Part shown: piece by piece, positions 1 through 8,227 of the stretch
Layout: each line of letters opens with the position of its first letter
Numbering within the stretch: the first letter of the stretch is position 1
NCBI GenBank assembly: GCA_041389085.1
Contig: JAWKSL010000003.1
Location: 1-59,473 of the forward strand
Direction: 5' to 3'
Length of the DNA: 59,473 bases
Source: Minisyncoccota bacterium
GTDB lineage: Bacteria; Patescibacteriota; Minisyncoccia; UBA6257; 1-14-0-10-44-23
Program-made: the position numbers and the translations under genes
The notes under the pieces: model-generated
What the model was told of the DNA's origin: nothing
Database searches by the model: none
The model's input: only the letters and a program-made list of their open reading frames with translations

Positions 1-296
1 GTGTCGTCTGCAACAAGTGCGGTAAGCGTAGTGGTGCTTAGGTGGTCGCCGTGGATGTCGGAAATAAGCACTAGGTCTGGCGATTCATACTCTGAATAAA
101 GTTCAGGTGCGCCGACTGGGTCGTTGTAAATAGTAAGATCTCCCCACTGCATCACAAAACTTGCGTGCTCTATAGGGCTTACGACTGGAAGGCCCTGAAG
201 AGCGAGCTCTTCTTCTGTTGGCTTTGAATTGTTTATAAAAACTCCAATTGCGATAAGCGCAATGAGTATAAGGATTGGTATAAGTACTTTTTTCAT
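1..296 (-). CDS. MBL-fold metal-dependent hydrolase, N-terminal ~98 codons (3' end beyond window start)
   Basis: ATG at 296 on the minus strand. My translation MKKVLIPILILIALIAIGVF...PDLVLISDIHGDHLSTTTL has an N-terminal anchor and a DxHxDH-type metallo-beta-lactamase motif. Absent from the ORF track because it is truncated. Confidence 0.6.
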   Translation of the reverse strand, partial: MKKVLIPILILIALIAIGVFINNSKPTEEELALQGLPVVSPIEHASFVMQWGDLTIYNDPVGAPELYSEYESPDLVLISDIHGDHLSTTTLTALVADD

Positions 297-321
297 ACTC
301 CTTATGATAGTGGTTTGCTCT

Positions 322-360
322 TTTAAAAGAAAGCGGCCCGTTGCCTTGCGGCTACGGGCC
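322..360 (-). terminator. Intrinsic terminator of the GC-rich three-ORF unit
   Basis: Minus strand reads GGCCCGTAGCCGCAAGGCAACGGGCC followed by GCTTTCTTTT. Confidence 0.65.
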
Positions 361-513
361 TTGCTTGTGTACGAGCGGATACCAAAGGCTCCACTCTGGC
401 ACGCTCTTGGCGCGCACGCTCTCTGGTGTCAGCCAGAAAGAGGCGGTGTCGAGAACGGCTACGAACAGAAAGAGGAGGAAGATCACACAGAAGATTCGTC
501 CGATGATCTTCAC
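352..513 (-). CDS. Small membrane protein, 53 aa (GC-rich island)
   Basis: GTG start overlaps the upstream stop (GTGA), with AGGAG 7 nt upstream. VKIIGRIFCVIFLLFLFVAVLDTASFW... has one TM helix. Own translation, below the ORF-track cutoff. Confidence 0.5.
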   Translation of the reverse strand: MKIIGRIFCVIFLLFLFVAVLDTASFWLTPESVRAKSVPEWSLWYPLVHKQGP

Positions 514-662
514 CTCCCTGCTCCTGCGTGCACTTCGGCTCGCTTGAGCTGTTCCTCCTGGTAGACCTCTTCAGAGTTTCGGCTGAAGAAGTAGGCGACG
601 ACGCAACCAGCGATGAGCAAGAGGATCATCTGCTGGTTTTCGGATAGCTTTTTGATGCGCAT
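510..662 (-). CDS. Small membrane protein, 50 aa (GC-rich island)
   Basis: ATG preceded by a GGAGG-containing RBS. MRIKKLSENQQMILLLIAGCVVAYFFSRN... has one TM helix. Own translation. Confidence 0.5.
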   Translation of the reverse strand: MRIKKLSENQQMILLLIAGCVVAYFFSRNSEEVYQEEQLKRAEVHAGAGR

Positions 663-702
663 GCATTCCTCCTCTGCACCAACGGTGCAGTTTTGGCTAG
701 CC

Positions 703-948
703 TCAGGTTGGGCAGGGTTTTCGCGTCCAGACCATCTGGCGCAAGTAGTAGCCTCCTGCCGCTTCGCGCTTGTCGGGCACCCAGCGCAGCACCACGGTGC
801 GTTCCCAGATATACATCTGGGGCGCTTGCGGTAGCGGAATGGGCACAGTTTCCTGAACTTGAGCTCCCGGAACGGGAACTCGCTTGTCTTCTGCTCGTGC
901 GGGCGTTGCCCAGGCGAACAGAAGGAAAAGTGCGATGAGCTTTTTCAC
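703..948 (-). CDS. Small secreted protein, 81 aa (GC-rich island)
   Basis: Lies in ORF-track frame 703..984. The likely start is GTG at 948 with an AAGGGGG RBS. VKKLIALFLLFAWATPARA/ED is a signal peptide with an AxA cleavage site. Confidence 0.55.
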   Translation of the reverse strand: MKKLIALFLLFAWATPARAEDKRVPVPGAQVQETVPIPLPQAPQMYIWERTVVLRWVPDKREAAGGYYLRQMVWTRKPCPT

Positions 949-1049
949 GCAACCCCCTTTGTTTTGAGAACTTCTATATTTCACCCCAAATTTGAATATT
1001 TTTCAATAGTTAAGGGTTTGGTTGTCTGCTAAAATAGTGAGCATACGTT

Positions 1050-1885
1050 ATGAAGAAATTTGGCTCAATTGAGCAATTTAAAGCTGAGAACGGCTACGAT
1101 TTTGACGATGGCTGGTACCCGCGCGTAACTCGAATAGTAGAAATGAAGGCGAAGCCAGCGCTTTTAAAGTTTTATGCCGATGTTGGTTTTGATGCGGCTA
1201 AAAGAATCGCTGAGCGAAGTGCTGCGAAGGAACTGCAGTGCACGATGTGGCTGAAAAGATGCTTCTTGGCGACATACCGTCTGTAGTTGATGAATCTATA
1301 CGCCCAAGCATTAGTGCTTTCTGGGACTTTTTGCAGAAGAAAGAAATAAAGGCAGATGGTGAGCACATAGAGCTTCTCGTAAAAAACGATGAGCACCGAT
1401 ATGCTGGTACTCTCGACGCTTTAGTGGAGATGGATGGAAAGTTTGGGGTGCTCGATATAAAGACTTCTTCTGGAATTTATCGCGATTACAACTTGCAAAC
1501 GAGTGCTTACGTAGATGCGCTGCAGAAAAAGTTTCCAAACCTTAACCATCGCTGGATACTACGTATAGACCAGCAGCAGACTTGCAGGCGTTGCGGAGCA
1601 AAGCGACGAATGAAGGGCGGGCGTGAAAACATAAAGCGGGCTTTTGGGGAAGAAAGAGTTTTGGGTTTAACGGGCACTACGACATAATCAACCATTGCAA
1701 AAACAATGAACACGATTGGATGGAACCTCTTGGTGAAATAGAGCTCAAAGAGCTTCCGCTAAACTGGCGCGCTGATTTTGAGGCTTTTCTTGGTGCTAAA
1801 AAACTTTGGGAAATGGGAATTTGCAGACTGGCTCGATAGCTGGGATACGGAAATAATCAACAGAGTTTACTTTAAAATTGAAAAG
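1050..1885 (+). pseudogene. PD-(D/E)XK (RecB/Cas4-like) nuclease, frame-disrupted
   Basis: ORFs 1050..1286, 1238..1687, a frame-1 segment (HYDIINHCKNNEHDW...) and 1778.. read as one protein across three frames. Nuclease-core motifs GTLDALVEMDGKFGVLDIKTS and QTSAY are present, plus a CxxC. Frame breaks lie near 1229 (AAGGA where AAGGGA is expected), 1630-1680 and ~1815 (an extra A). No stop occurs before the GC-rich island at 1886. Confidence 0.7.
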
Positions 1886-1912
1886 GGGTTGCGAGCTCTT
1901 GGCTCACAACCC
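1876..1912 (-). terminator. Intrinsic terminator
   Basis: Minus strand GGGTTGTGAGC-CAAGA-GCTCGCAACCC followed by CTTTTCAATTTT. Confidence 0.55.
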
Positions 1913-1922
1913 TCACGCGGCT

Positions 1923-2027
1923 TCAGATCAGGCTGCCTTCTGCTTCTTCGGGCCCTTGTACTTGCCCATCTCCCGGGCGCTGCGGCCCCTTCTTGTTGCG
2001 CCTCCGGCTTCCGTTGGGTGCTCCCAT
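1923..2027 (-). CDS. Tiny basic ORF, 34 aa (GC-rich island), speculative
   Basis: ATG at 2027 with a GGGAGAG RBS. MGAPNGSRRRNKKGPQRPGDGQVQGPEEAEGSLI. A terminator lies immediately downstream. Own translation. Confidence 0.3.
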   Translation of the reverse strand: MGAPNGSRRRNKKGPQRPGDGQVQGPEEAEGSLI

Positions 2028-2100
2028 GTTTGGGGCTTCTCTCCCTTCACTAGCGAAGGGTATAGCTGAGGTTAGCAAAAGGCTACTTTCTTTTCAAATT

Positions 2101-2143
2101 TTAAAAAGGAAGCCTCGCGCGACTGGTGTGTCGCACGAGGCTT
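2101..2143 (-). terminator. Intrinsic terminator
   Basis: Minus strand AAGCCTCGTGCGAC-ACACCA-GTCGCGCGAGGCTT followed by CCTTTTT. Confidence 0.65.
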
Positions 2144-2158
2144 GGTGGGCCGGACGGC

Positions 2159-2338
2159 TCAGCGCTTGTCCGCAGAGGGCGAGCTTACCGTCGCGTTTTC
2201 GCGGCGGATTTCACGCTCTCTACTACGATAGGTGCGCATTTTGCCGTCGGAGCACTTGAAGGTGACCTTGCCGCTTTCCTCCATTGGTGGCGGAGGTGGC
2301 AGACTCGGGCGTCCTCTTCGGTGGTGTTTCCCTGGCAT
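2159..2338 (-). CDS. Small Arg/Pro-rich protein, 59 aa (GC-rich island)
   Basis: ATG at 2338 with an AGGGAGA RBS. MPGKHHRRGRPSLPPPPPMEESGKVTFKCSDGKMRTYRSRER... The ORF ends 16 nt before the terminator stem. Own translation (one codon below the track cutoff). Confidence 0.45.
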   Translation of the reverse strand: MPGKHHRRGRPSLPPPPPMEESGKVTFKCSDGKMRTYRSREREIRRENATVSSPSADKR

Positions 2339-2383
2339 GCGTATCTCCCTGGTTGCCGGCTCTAATATTTTATCAAAATGAAA

Positions 2384-2791
2384 CTAGGAGTTATCCCCTT
2401 TTTTGAAATCGAGACTGACTGAGTTTATACAGTAGTGTTTTCCGTCGCCTTTGTAGTCTTCGAAAACGTGGCCTAAGTGCGACCCACACTGTGCACAGAC
2501 TACTTCTACACGCTCCATACCATGCGAGGTATCGAGCTGGGTCTTTACTGCGCCTTCTATTGCGTTTCTAAAGTGTGGCCAACCTTGTAGTCCTATCGGC
2601 CCGGTACGGGAATTTGCCTTTGTTTTCGACGAAAAGAGGGCGTTATTGCAGACTTTACAGTGGTAGAGGCCGTCATCTTGCAAATCTACATATTCGCCCG
2701 AGAAAGGGGCTTCAGTACCCTTGTTTTGCGTTACGTCGAAGGCCTGGTTCCCTATCTTTGCCTTGAGGTCTTTTGCTGTTTTTTCGTCCAT
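2384..2791 (-). CDS. msrB: Peptide-methionine (R)-S-oxide reductase
   Basis: 135 aa with two CxxC pairs (CKVCNN, CAQCGSHLGHVF) and the GWPHF motif typical of MsrB/SelR. Confidence 0.9.
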   Translation of the reverse strand: MDEKTAKDLKAKIGNQAFDVTQNKGTEAPFSGEYVDLQDDGLYHCKVCNNALFSSKTKANSRTGPIGLQGWPHFRNAIEGAVKTQLDTSHGMERVEVVCAQCGSHLGHVFEDYKGDGKHYCINSVSLDFKKGDNS

Positions 2792-2840
2792 TATGGTATG
2801 TTGTATTTTAGAGTGCTAATTAATCCAAATAATACCATTT

Positions 2841-3302
2841 ATGCAAAATAAAGTTTTAGTAATCTTAATCGTTATCTTGCTTATCATCATCGGTATCGTT
2901 GCTGTGCAGAACAGTAAGATGGATGATACTAGTGACGATGAAATGACTGGGGAAGAAATGCAGGCTGATGACGCTATGATGGAGGGCGACGACTCTCAGG
3001 CAAGCGCTGACAGCACTGGTGTGGTAGCGGGAGTAAACATCAACACTTCACTTGCTGGAGTTTGGAAGAGCACCGCACTACCTCGTTACATCCTTGAGCT
3101 TTCAGCTGACGGAGTAGCTCGCGAATACTACGCAAAGACACTTACCAACACTGGAAGCTGGACTGCAAGCGACGAAAGCTTGAACGTAGTATTTACCGGA
3201 CGCAACTACAGCTACAAACTTATCACCGTAAATCGTGATAGTTTCGTGGTTGAATACATCGCAACTGGTGAGCGACTACAGTTCACTCAAGCAAACTACT
3301 AA
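2841..3302 (+). CDS. Membrane-anchored protein with an acidic Met/Asp/Glu-rich linker
   Basis: 153 aa with an N-terminal TM helix followed by DDTSDDEMTGEEMQADDAMMEGDD. Confidence 0.7.
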   Translation: MQNKVLVILIVILLIIIGIVAVQNSKMDDTSDDEMTGEEMQADDAMMEGDDSQASADSTGVVAGVNINTSLAGVWKSTALPRYILELSADGVAREYYAKTLTNTGSWTASDESLNVVFTGRNYSYKLITVNRDSFVVEYIATGERLQFTQANY

Positions 3303-3303
3303 A

Positions 3304-3330
3304 TAAAAAAGCGCCTTCGGGCGCTTTTTT
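3304..3330. terminator. Bidirectional intrinsic terminator
   Basis: AAAAAAA-GCGCC-TTCG-GGCGC-TTTTTT between convergent genes. Confidence 0.8.
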
Positions 3331-4276
3331 AGTGCTTGAGTTTTGCCATGAAGTGGCTTTGCCGGCTGGCGAAGTGGAACAATGTCGTAAGCTCTTCGCT
3401 ATTGAGCTGCATTGTACTTTTACCAAGATGGTGGGCATAGAAGCTTTCGAGAAAGTTTGCTTGATTGATAACGCGCTTGAGCTCAAAAAAATTGTAGTTT
3501 GGTCCTTGGTTTGTTTGCAGGAGGGCGTCTTCAAGCCTTCCTTTGAGTTCTTCTTGGCGCTCTTTTGTCTGGGTTGTAAGAACTACTTTTACACTTACTT
3601 GCATAAGCGGTTTTGCCACTTTGCTTTCGAGAATTTGAATGCTGTCTGAGGTGAGAACAAAGTCTTTGTTAAGTAGTAGCCTCCCCTCCTCGTAGTTGCC
3701 CTCGTTTAGCTTTATAAGCAGCTCGTTTATCTCTTCAAGCTTGGCTGCATTTTCGGGGCGAACGTTTACCTGAAGGGCTATTCCTTCATTGAAGCTAAAA
3801 AGGTCTGAACTCACCCGTAAAAGGGCCTCAAATAGGCCAAAATCGCCCTTTAGGGCTGTTTTTATAGGTAGGGCGGCCTCCTTTGCCTGCACTATGGAAT
3901 AGGTCGAAACTTCTTGATTTGTGTCGAGAAAAAGGCTTCTCTCTGAAAAGGCTTTTAACTCTACAAACTTCTCGTGCCAGATACTGGTAGTTAAAAGATT
4001 TAGTTTCGTTACATGCTTTTTTGGCACTCCGATAAGGAGGTGGATTTCTTCGCTGGCGCTGTGCACAAAAAGCTCGAGACTGAAATCTATTGAAAGTTCA
4101 GCGAGGCGCTCAAAAAGTGCTTGGCTGCACTGAATGTTTTTTTCGCGCTTTTCGTGTTTTGAGATGAGTTCGAAAAACTGGTAGCCGCCTTGAATTTTTT
4201 GGCGCTGCATTTTTTCTTGTACAAAAAGTGCGATGAGCAACAGCGCAAATGCGTAGCTAAAAATTAACACTTCCAT
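3329..4276 (-). CDS. Hypothetical membrane-anchored protein
   Basis: ORF 3329..4330. The likely start is MEVLIFSYAFALLLIALF (ATG at 4276), giving an N-terminal TM helix. No family recognised. Confidence 0.65.
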   Translation of the reverse strand: MEVLIFSYAFALLLIALFVQEKMQRQKIQGGYQFFELISKHEKREKNIQCSQALFERLAELSIDFSLELFVHSASEEIHLLIGVPKKHVTKLNLLTTSIWHEKFVELKAFSERSLFLDTNQEVSTYSIVQAKEAALPIKTALKGDFGLFEALLRVSSDLFSFNEGIALQVNVRPENAAKLEEINELLIKLNEGNYEEGRLLLNKDFVLTSDSIQILESKVAKPLMQVSVKVVLTTQTKERQEELKGRLEDALLQTNQGPNYNFFELKRVINQANFLESFYAHHLGKSTMQLNSEELTTLFHFASRQSHFMAKLKH

Positions 4277-4361
4277 ATTTCTTTCTTGAGTATAGCAAGG
4301 ATTTTGCTTTAGCCGTGGCGGATGACCCACCGCAATGCTTGGGCGAGGTGGTCTAGACTTA

Positions 4362-5357
4362 CTACCCGTGCCTAATCACCATCACATCGCCGTCTTGAAC
4401 GATGTAGTCTTTGCCTTCTACGCGCATTTTTCCTTTCTGCTTTGCACCGTTCCAGCTTCCCGCTTCTACAAGGTCGTTATACCCAACAACTTCGGCCCTA
4501 ATAAACTTTTCTTCAAAGTCGCTGTGTATTGCTCCTGCTGCTTCTGGTGCTGACGATCCATTTTTTATCGTCCATGCTCGTGTTTCCTTCTCTCCTGTTG
4601 TGAAAAAGCTGATGAGGCCAAGGAGGTGGTAAGTTCCTTTAATGAGAGCTGATAGGTCTGGTTCTTTGCCAAGGTCGCTTATTACGTATTCACTTCCTTC
4701 TTCTGCTATGGCTGCTTTGAGCTCTTCGCTTACGTCTGAATTTTGTCCGTTAAGTAGGTAGAGTTTCTTTTTTGCTGAGAGTAGTCTGAGTTCTTTGATT
4801 AAATCGTCGTTTGCAAACTCCATGATTGATTTGCCCTCGGCGAGCAATGCCTTCACTTTTGAAAGTATCTCTACTTCCTTTTGAGCTTTTTTGTCTCCAC
4901 TTCGCGATTCTCTCTGAGCTTTGTCGAGACGTGTTTCAACTTGCTCAAGATCTTTGAGTGCAAGCTCAGCATTTATTGTTTCCATGTCTGAAAGTGGGTT
5001 TACCTCGTTGTTCACGTGGATAATGTCTGAGCCACCAAAGCAGCGTAGTACGTGCACGATAGCATTTACCTCTTTTATGTGTTGCAAAAACTTGTTTCCA
5101 AGCCCCTCTCCTTGTGAAGCTCCCTTTACGAGCCCGGCGATGTCGTAGAACTCTACGATAGCTGGGATAAGCTTTTCTGATTTGGAAATTTCGTTGAGCT
5201 TTTCAAGACGCTGGTCAGGTACTTCAACTATTCCTACGTTTGGGTCGATTGTCGCAAATGGGTAGTTTGCGGCAAGAATGCCTTTACTTGTGAGGTGGTT
5301 AAAAAGCGTTGATTTTCCAACGTTTGGTAGTCCTACTATTCCGATTGAAAGTTTCAT
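4362..5357 (-). CDS. ychF: Ribosome-binding ATPase YchF (Obg-like)
   Basis: MKLSIGIVGLPNVGKSTLFN P-loop, DIAGLVKGAS, and a C-terminal TGS-like YIVQDGDVM. Confidence 0.9.
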   Translation of the reverse strand: MKLSIGIVGLPNVGKSTLFNHLTSKGILAANYPFATIDPNVGIVEVPDQRLEKLNEISKSEKLIPAIVEFYDIAGLVKGASQGEGLGNKFLQHIKEVNAIVHVLRCFGGSDIIHVNNEVNPLSDMETINAELALKDLEQVETRLDKAQRESRSGDKKAQKEVEILSKVKALLAEGKSIMEFANDDLIKELRLLSAKKKLYLLNGQNSDVSEELKAAIAEEGSEYVISDLGKEPDLSALIKGTYHLLGLISFFTTGEKETRAWTIKNGSSAPEAAGAIHSDFEEKFIRAEVVGYNDLVEAGSWNGAKQKGKMRVEGKDYIVQDGDVMVIRHG

Positions 5358-5374
5358 GATTTATCAATTATATA

Positions 5375-5800
5375 TGAATTCCCGCGCGTAGCTACTTATA
5401 GCGTACGCGCGGGACTGAAGGGGGAACCGACCGGTGCACTACTCGATTGATCAGGAGAAAGGGAATCCTTGCTAGCGTCGAGCTCGCTCTCCGGTCGGTT
5501 CGCTGAGGTTTGTCTATCGCGTGCGTGAGACCTGATTAGTTCAGCCTCTCGCCCTTCTCATCCACTGGAAGCTTTCGCCACGACAAGGAATTCGTGTTCC
5601 CCGCTCCCATGTTCAGGGTGTGTGGCACCACACATACGGCACCTTGAGGTGTGGGTGCAGGGCTCCATAGGGCACTAGTCCGTACCTTTTGGCCTGGATG
5701 AGAACACTTGCTCTTTCTAGGTAAGTTTTCCCTAGGACGTTTTTGGGCTATGAACAAGCGTGGTCTTGGTGCGACGTTTGGTTAGCCTACTTTAGCTTAG
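5375..5800. ncRNA. GC-rich non-coding region with extensive helices; candidate structured RNA of unknown class
   Basis: No convincing ORF despite high G+C. There is a 10-bp perfect hairpin CCCGCGCGTA..TACGCGCGGG (5381-5413), an 11-bp long-range helix GAACCGACCGG..CCGGTCGGTTC (5424-5501), and alternative hairpins around 5615-5660. Strand is undetermined. Confidence 0.3.
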
Positions 5801-5803
5801 CTT

Positions 5804-6208
5804 TTATATCAAGCCTTCAGACTTGAGCTCGATAAATACGTCGTCTGGAATTTCTGGCCTCTCGCCTTCTTTTGTTTTCCCTGGGTAGCGCCAGGTGGAT
5901 ATCATAGTGATGCGGGATTTTTTACTACTCTCTTTATCTAAAATACTTTTCTTTTTTTGCCCCTGGTTTATAACATACATAATCCAAAGCTCTTCTTGGT
6001 CTGGGCCAGTCTGCTTTGAAGTAGCGCTTTTGTTTTTCTTTTTCGTGCGCATAGCCGCAATTGTGTTTGGCGCTATACCCTCCTCTACGCGTTCTGGGTT
6101 TCTAAAAATGCGATTTATCTGAGCTTGAGAAATGTGGTAGTAGAGCATTTTGTTTTTAATATGCATCGTCCAACTAAAGCGCTCATTGTTTTTTGGCAGT
6201 GTAAACAT
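5804..6208 (-). CDS. Hypothetical protein
   Basis: 134-aa ORF tightly packed after the upstream gene (stop/start spacing 1 nt). Lys-rich central segment. No family assigned. Confidence 0.65.
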   Translation of the reverse strand: MFTLPKNNERFSWTMHIKNKMLYYHISQAQINRIFRNPERVEEGIAPNTIAAMRTKKKNKSATSKQTGPDQEELWIMYVINQGQKKKSILDKESSKKSRITMISTWRYPGKTKEGERPEIPDDVFIELKSEGLI

Positions 6209-6209
6209 G

Positions 6210-7082
6210 CTACTCAGCTTGTGGGTCCACTATCTTTTCTTCTGTACTTTCTTCTATTTCCTTAGGTTGTGGCACACTTCCTTTTTCGGTGAAAAAGACT
6301 CTGTTTTTTACTGACAAATTTACTTCGCTGAATGCGCTTAGATTCTCATCGTCTGCGAGTTTGGCCAAGGCTGGGATAGCACTAATTCCTGGATCAAAGC
6401 GGTAGCTAAAACGGATTGTTGTGCCATTTTTTGTCTTAAACTGAAACTCTTGTAAGTCGCGGTGCAAAAGTATTTTTTCAACACTGACTTTTTTTGCTTT
6501 CATTGCGGCAATGATTGATTTTAAATATTCAAACTGTGTCGAAAGCACTACCTTTTCCCCACGCTCAAATCCAATCGTACTTACTGGTTCATGAATACTT
6601 AAGATAAGCTGACCGCTTGTGTTGGGCGCACTTTCAAATGCTTGCCCCGTTTCGTCTACCCATTGGCATGCGAGATATTCCGCTTCTTCTACAATTTTTG
6701 ATTTACACCAGCTTAAATACTGTATTTTTGGTTTTGTATAAATTTGGACCTCCCGGGTTTTAAAACTTTTTTTAACTTCTATCGACATAAACCGTTGGTC
6801 GCTATAGTGTTCGCCTCTTTCCCAAACAAAAAGACTGTTTTCGCCAAGCAACACTTTCCCTGATGAACTAAGTACTTGGGAGTTTAAATCTCTCAGAAAT
6901 TCTTTTGGGCTTGTACTTTCATTTAGCCCATAAATTTGAAAGCGTGAAACTTGGAACAGTGGAGAGAAAATAACTAGATAGCACAGACCAAAAAATGCCC
7001 CGATTCCGACGAGGATATACGCCCACTGCTTTACCTTGCTTAAAAGAGCAACTTCTTTGTGTCGCTTACTTTTGAAGTGCAT
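6210..7082 (-). CDS. ftsQ: Cell division protein FtsQ-like (TM + POTRA)
   Basis: N-terminal basic segment and TM helix followed by FQVSRFQIYG (POTRA start). Located directly downstream of ddl and alr, a dcw-type context. Confidence 0.6.
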   Translation of the reverse strand: MHFKSKRHKEVALLSKVKQWAYILVGIGAFFGLCYLVIFSPLFQVSRFQIYGLNESTSPKEFLRDLNSQVLSSSGKVLLGENSLFVWERGEHYSDQRFMSIEVKKSFKTREVQIYTKPKIQYLSWCKSKIVEEAEYLACQWVDETGQAFESAPNTSGQLILSIHEPVSTIGFERGEKVVLSTQFEYLKSIIAAMKAKKVSVEKILLHRDLQEFQFKTKNGTTIRFSYRFDPGISAIPALAKLADDENLSAFSEVNLSVKNRVFFTEKGSVPQPKEIEESTEEKIVDPQAE

Positions 7083-7085
7083 GTA

Positions 7086-8219
7086 CTATTGAACAAATTC
7101 CTTTTTAATAAGCGGATTGATGCGCGTAAGGATTTCGTAGCGAGAGCTGTTTTCCATATTAAGCTCCCATTCTTCTGGTGTTATTTTTTCTTTTCCCTGC
7201 TTCCCAATTAAGGTTACTACATCGCCTCTTTTGCAGGAAATATCAGTAACATCTACAACCGTAACGTCCATCGAAACTTTGCCAACTATACGGGCTCGCT
7301 TCCCATTTACAAGGAATTCTCCCACTTTGGAAAGGCGCCTATCGACTCCGTGCCAATACCCAACCGGAACAACTGCGAGCGTGGTATCTCTATGAAGCTT
7401 TTCACTTAAATCATAGCCAACATACTCTCCTTTTTTCACTTTTTTTATTTCACTGATCTGTGCGTGCCAGCTGAGTACTGGTTTTGGTTCAAGATTTGAG
7501 AAGTGAGTGGCGAGCTCTTTTGTTGGGAAATATCCGTAGAGAATGAAGCCTGCTCGCACTTGGTCTAGCGTGTACTTTTTTGATTGAAAAATACCAGCAC
7601 TCGCTGCAATGTGTTTTGTAAGCGTGCGAAATTCTTCGCTTTCGGCGAGCGTAGTAGCAAGCATAAAGGTGTCGAACTGCTGCTTTGTATACGTTTGATA
7701 CACGATGTCTTTTGCAGCACAAAAGTGAGAGTACATTCCTTTTAGCGGCAAGGTATTTTTCTTAATATAGCGGAGTGCTTTTTTTAGGTCAGCAACTTCG
7801 AAGCCCTGGCGGTGCATGCCTGTTTCGATTTTGAGGTGAAAACTTGGCTGTAGCTGAGGTTCGGATACTTGATTAAGCTCTTCGAGGCCTTCTTGTGTTG
7901 AAATAGTGACCATGAGGTCGTTTTGAGCCGCTACCTCGAGAAGATCTTTACTTGTTGGGCCTAATATAAGAATTGGGCTTTGGATTTCTTGTTTTCGCAA
8001 CTTTACTCCCTCAATTACTGAATCTACGCAAAAGCCATCTACCCCTGCTGCGTGTGCGAGAGCTGCAAAATTTGTAAGTCCGTGACCATAGGCATTTGAT
8101 TTTACAACCGAAAAAAGCTTTGCGTCTTTGCCGATCAATGAACGCACTAATGCAACATTGCTTCTTACGGCTGACTTTGAAAGCTCAATCCAAGTTTTTG
8201 GTCGTATACTCCCTTTCAT
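7086..8219 (-). CDS. alr: Alanine racemase
   Basis: VVKSNAYGHG PLP-lysine motif, 377 aa, C-terminal beta domain. Confidence 0.9.
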   Translation of the reverse strand: MKGSIRPKTWIELSKSAVRSNVALVRSLIGKDAKLFSVVKSNAYGHGLTNFAALAHAAGVDGFCVDSVIEGVKLRKQEIQSPILILGPTSKDLLEVAAQNDLMVTISTQEGLEELNQVSEPQLQPSFHLKIETGMHRQGFEVADLKKALRYIKKNTLPLKGMYSHFCAAKDIVYQTYTKQQFDTFMLATTLAESEEFRTLTKHIAASAGIFQSKKYTLDQVRAGFILYGYFPTKELATHFSNLEPKPVLSWHAQISEIKKVKKGEYVGYDLSEKLHRDTTLAVVPVGYWHGVDRRLSKVGEFLVNGKRARIVGKVSMDVTVVDVTDISCKRGDVVTLIGKQGKEKITPEEWELNMENSSRYEILTRINPLIKKEFVQ

Positions 8220-8227
8220 TTGTTTTA

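Noticed and set aside
5657-5673. A 15-nt match, GGGCTCCATAGGGCA, to the segment following CR-I in E. coli RNase P RNA, plus a GGCCTGGATGAGAAC stretch resembling the GGCCUAGAUGAAUGAC region. This suggested an RNase P RNA gene.
   Set aside because: The hallmark GAGGAAAGUCC (P4 5' strand) and ACAGAA-CCGGCUUA (P4 3' strand) are absent on both strands. The motif order does not fit the type A or B architecture. A plus-strand gene of normal length would also run into the CDS at 5804-6208. Only a covariance-model scan can settle the question.
5536-5757. A 73-aa minus-strand ORF inside the 5375-5800 GC-rich block.
   Set aside because: It has no RBS or sensible start context, and its Pro/Arg/Ser-rich composition is typical of random GC-rich translation. 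The region is dominated by long helices instead.
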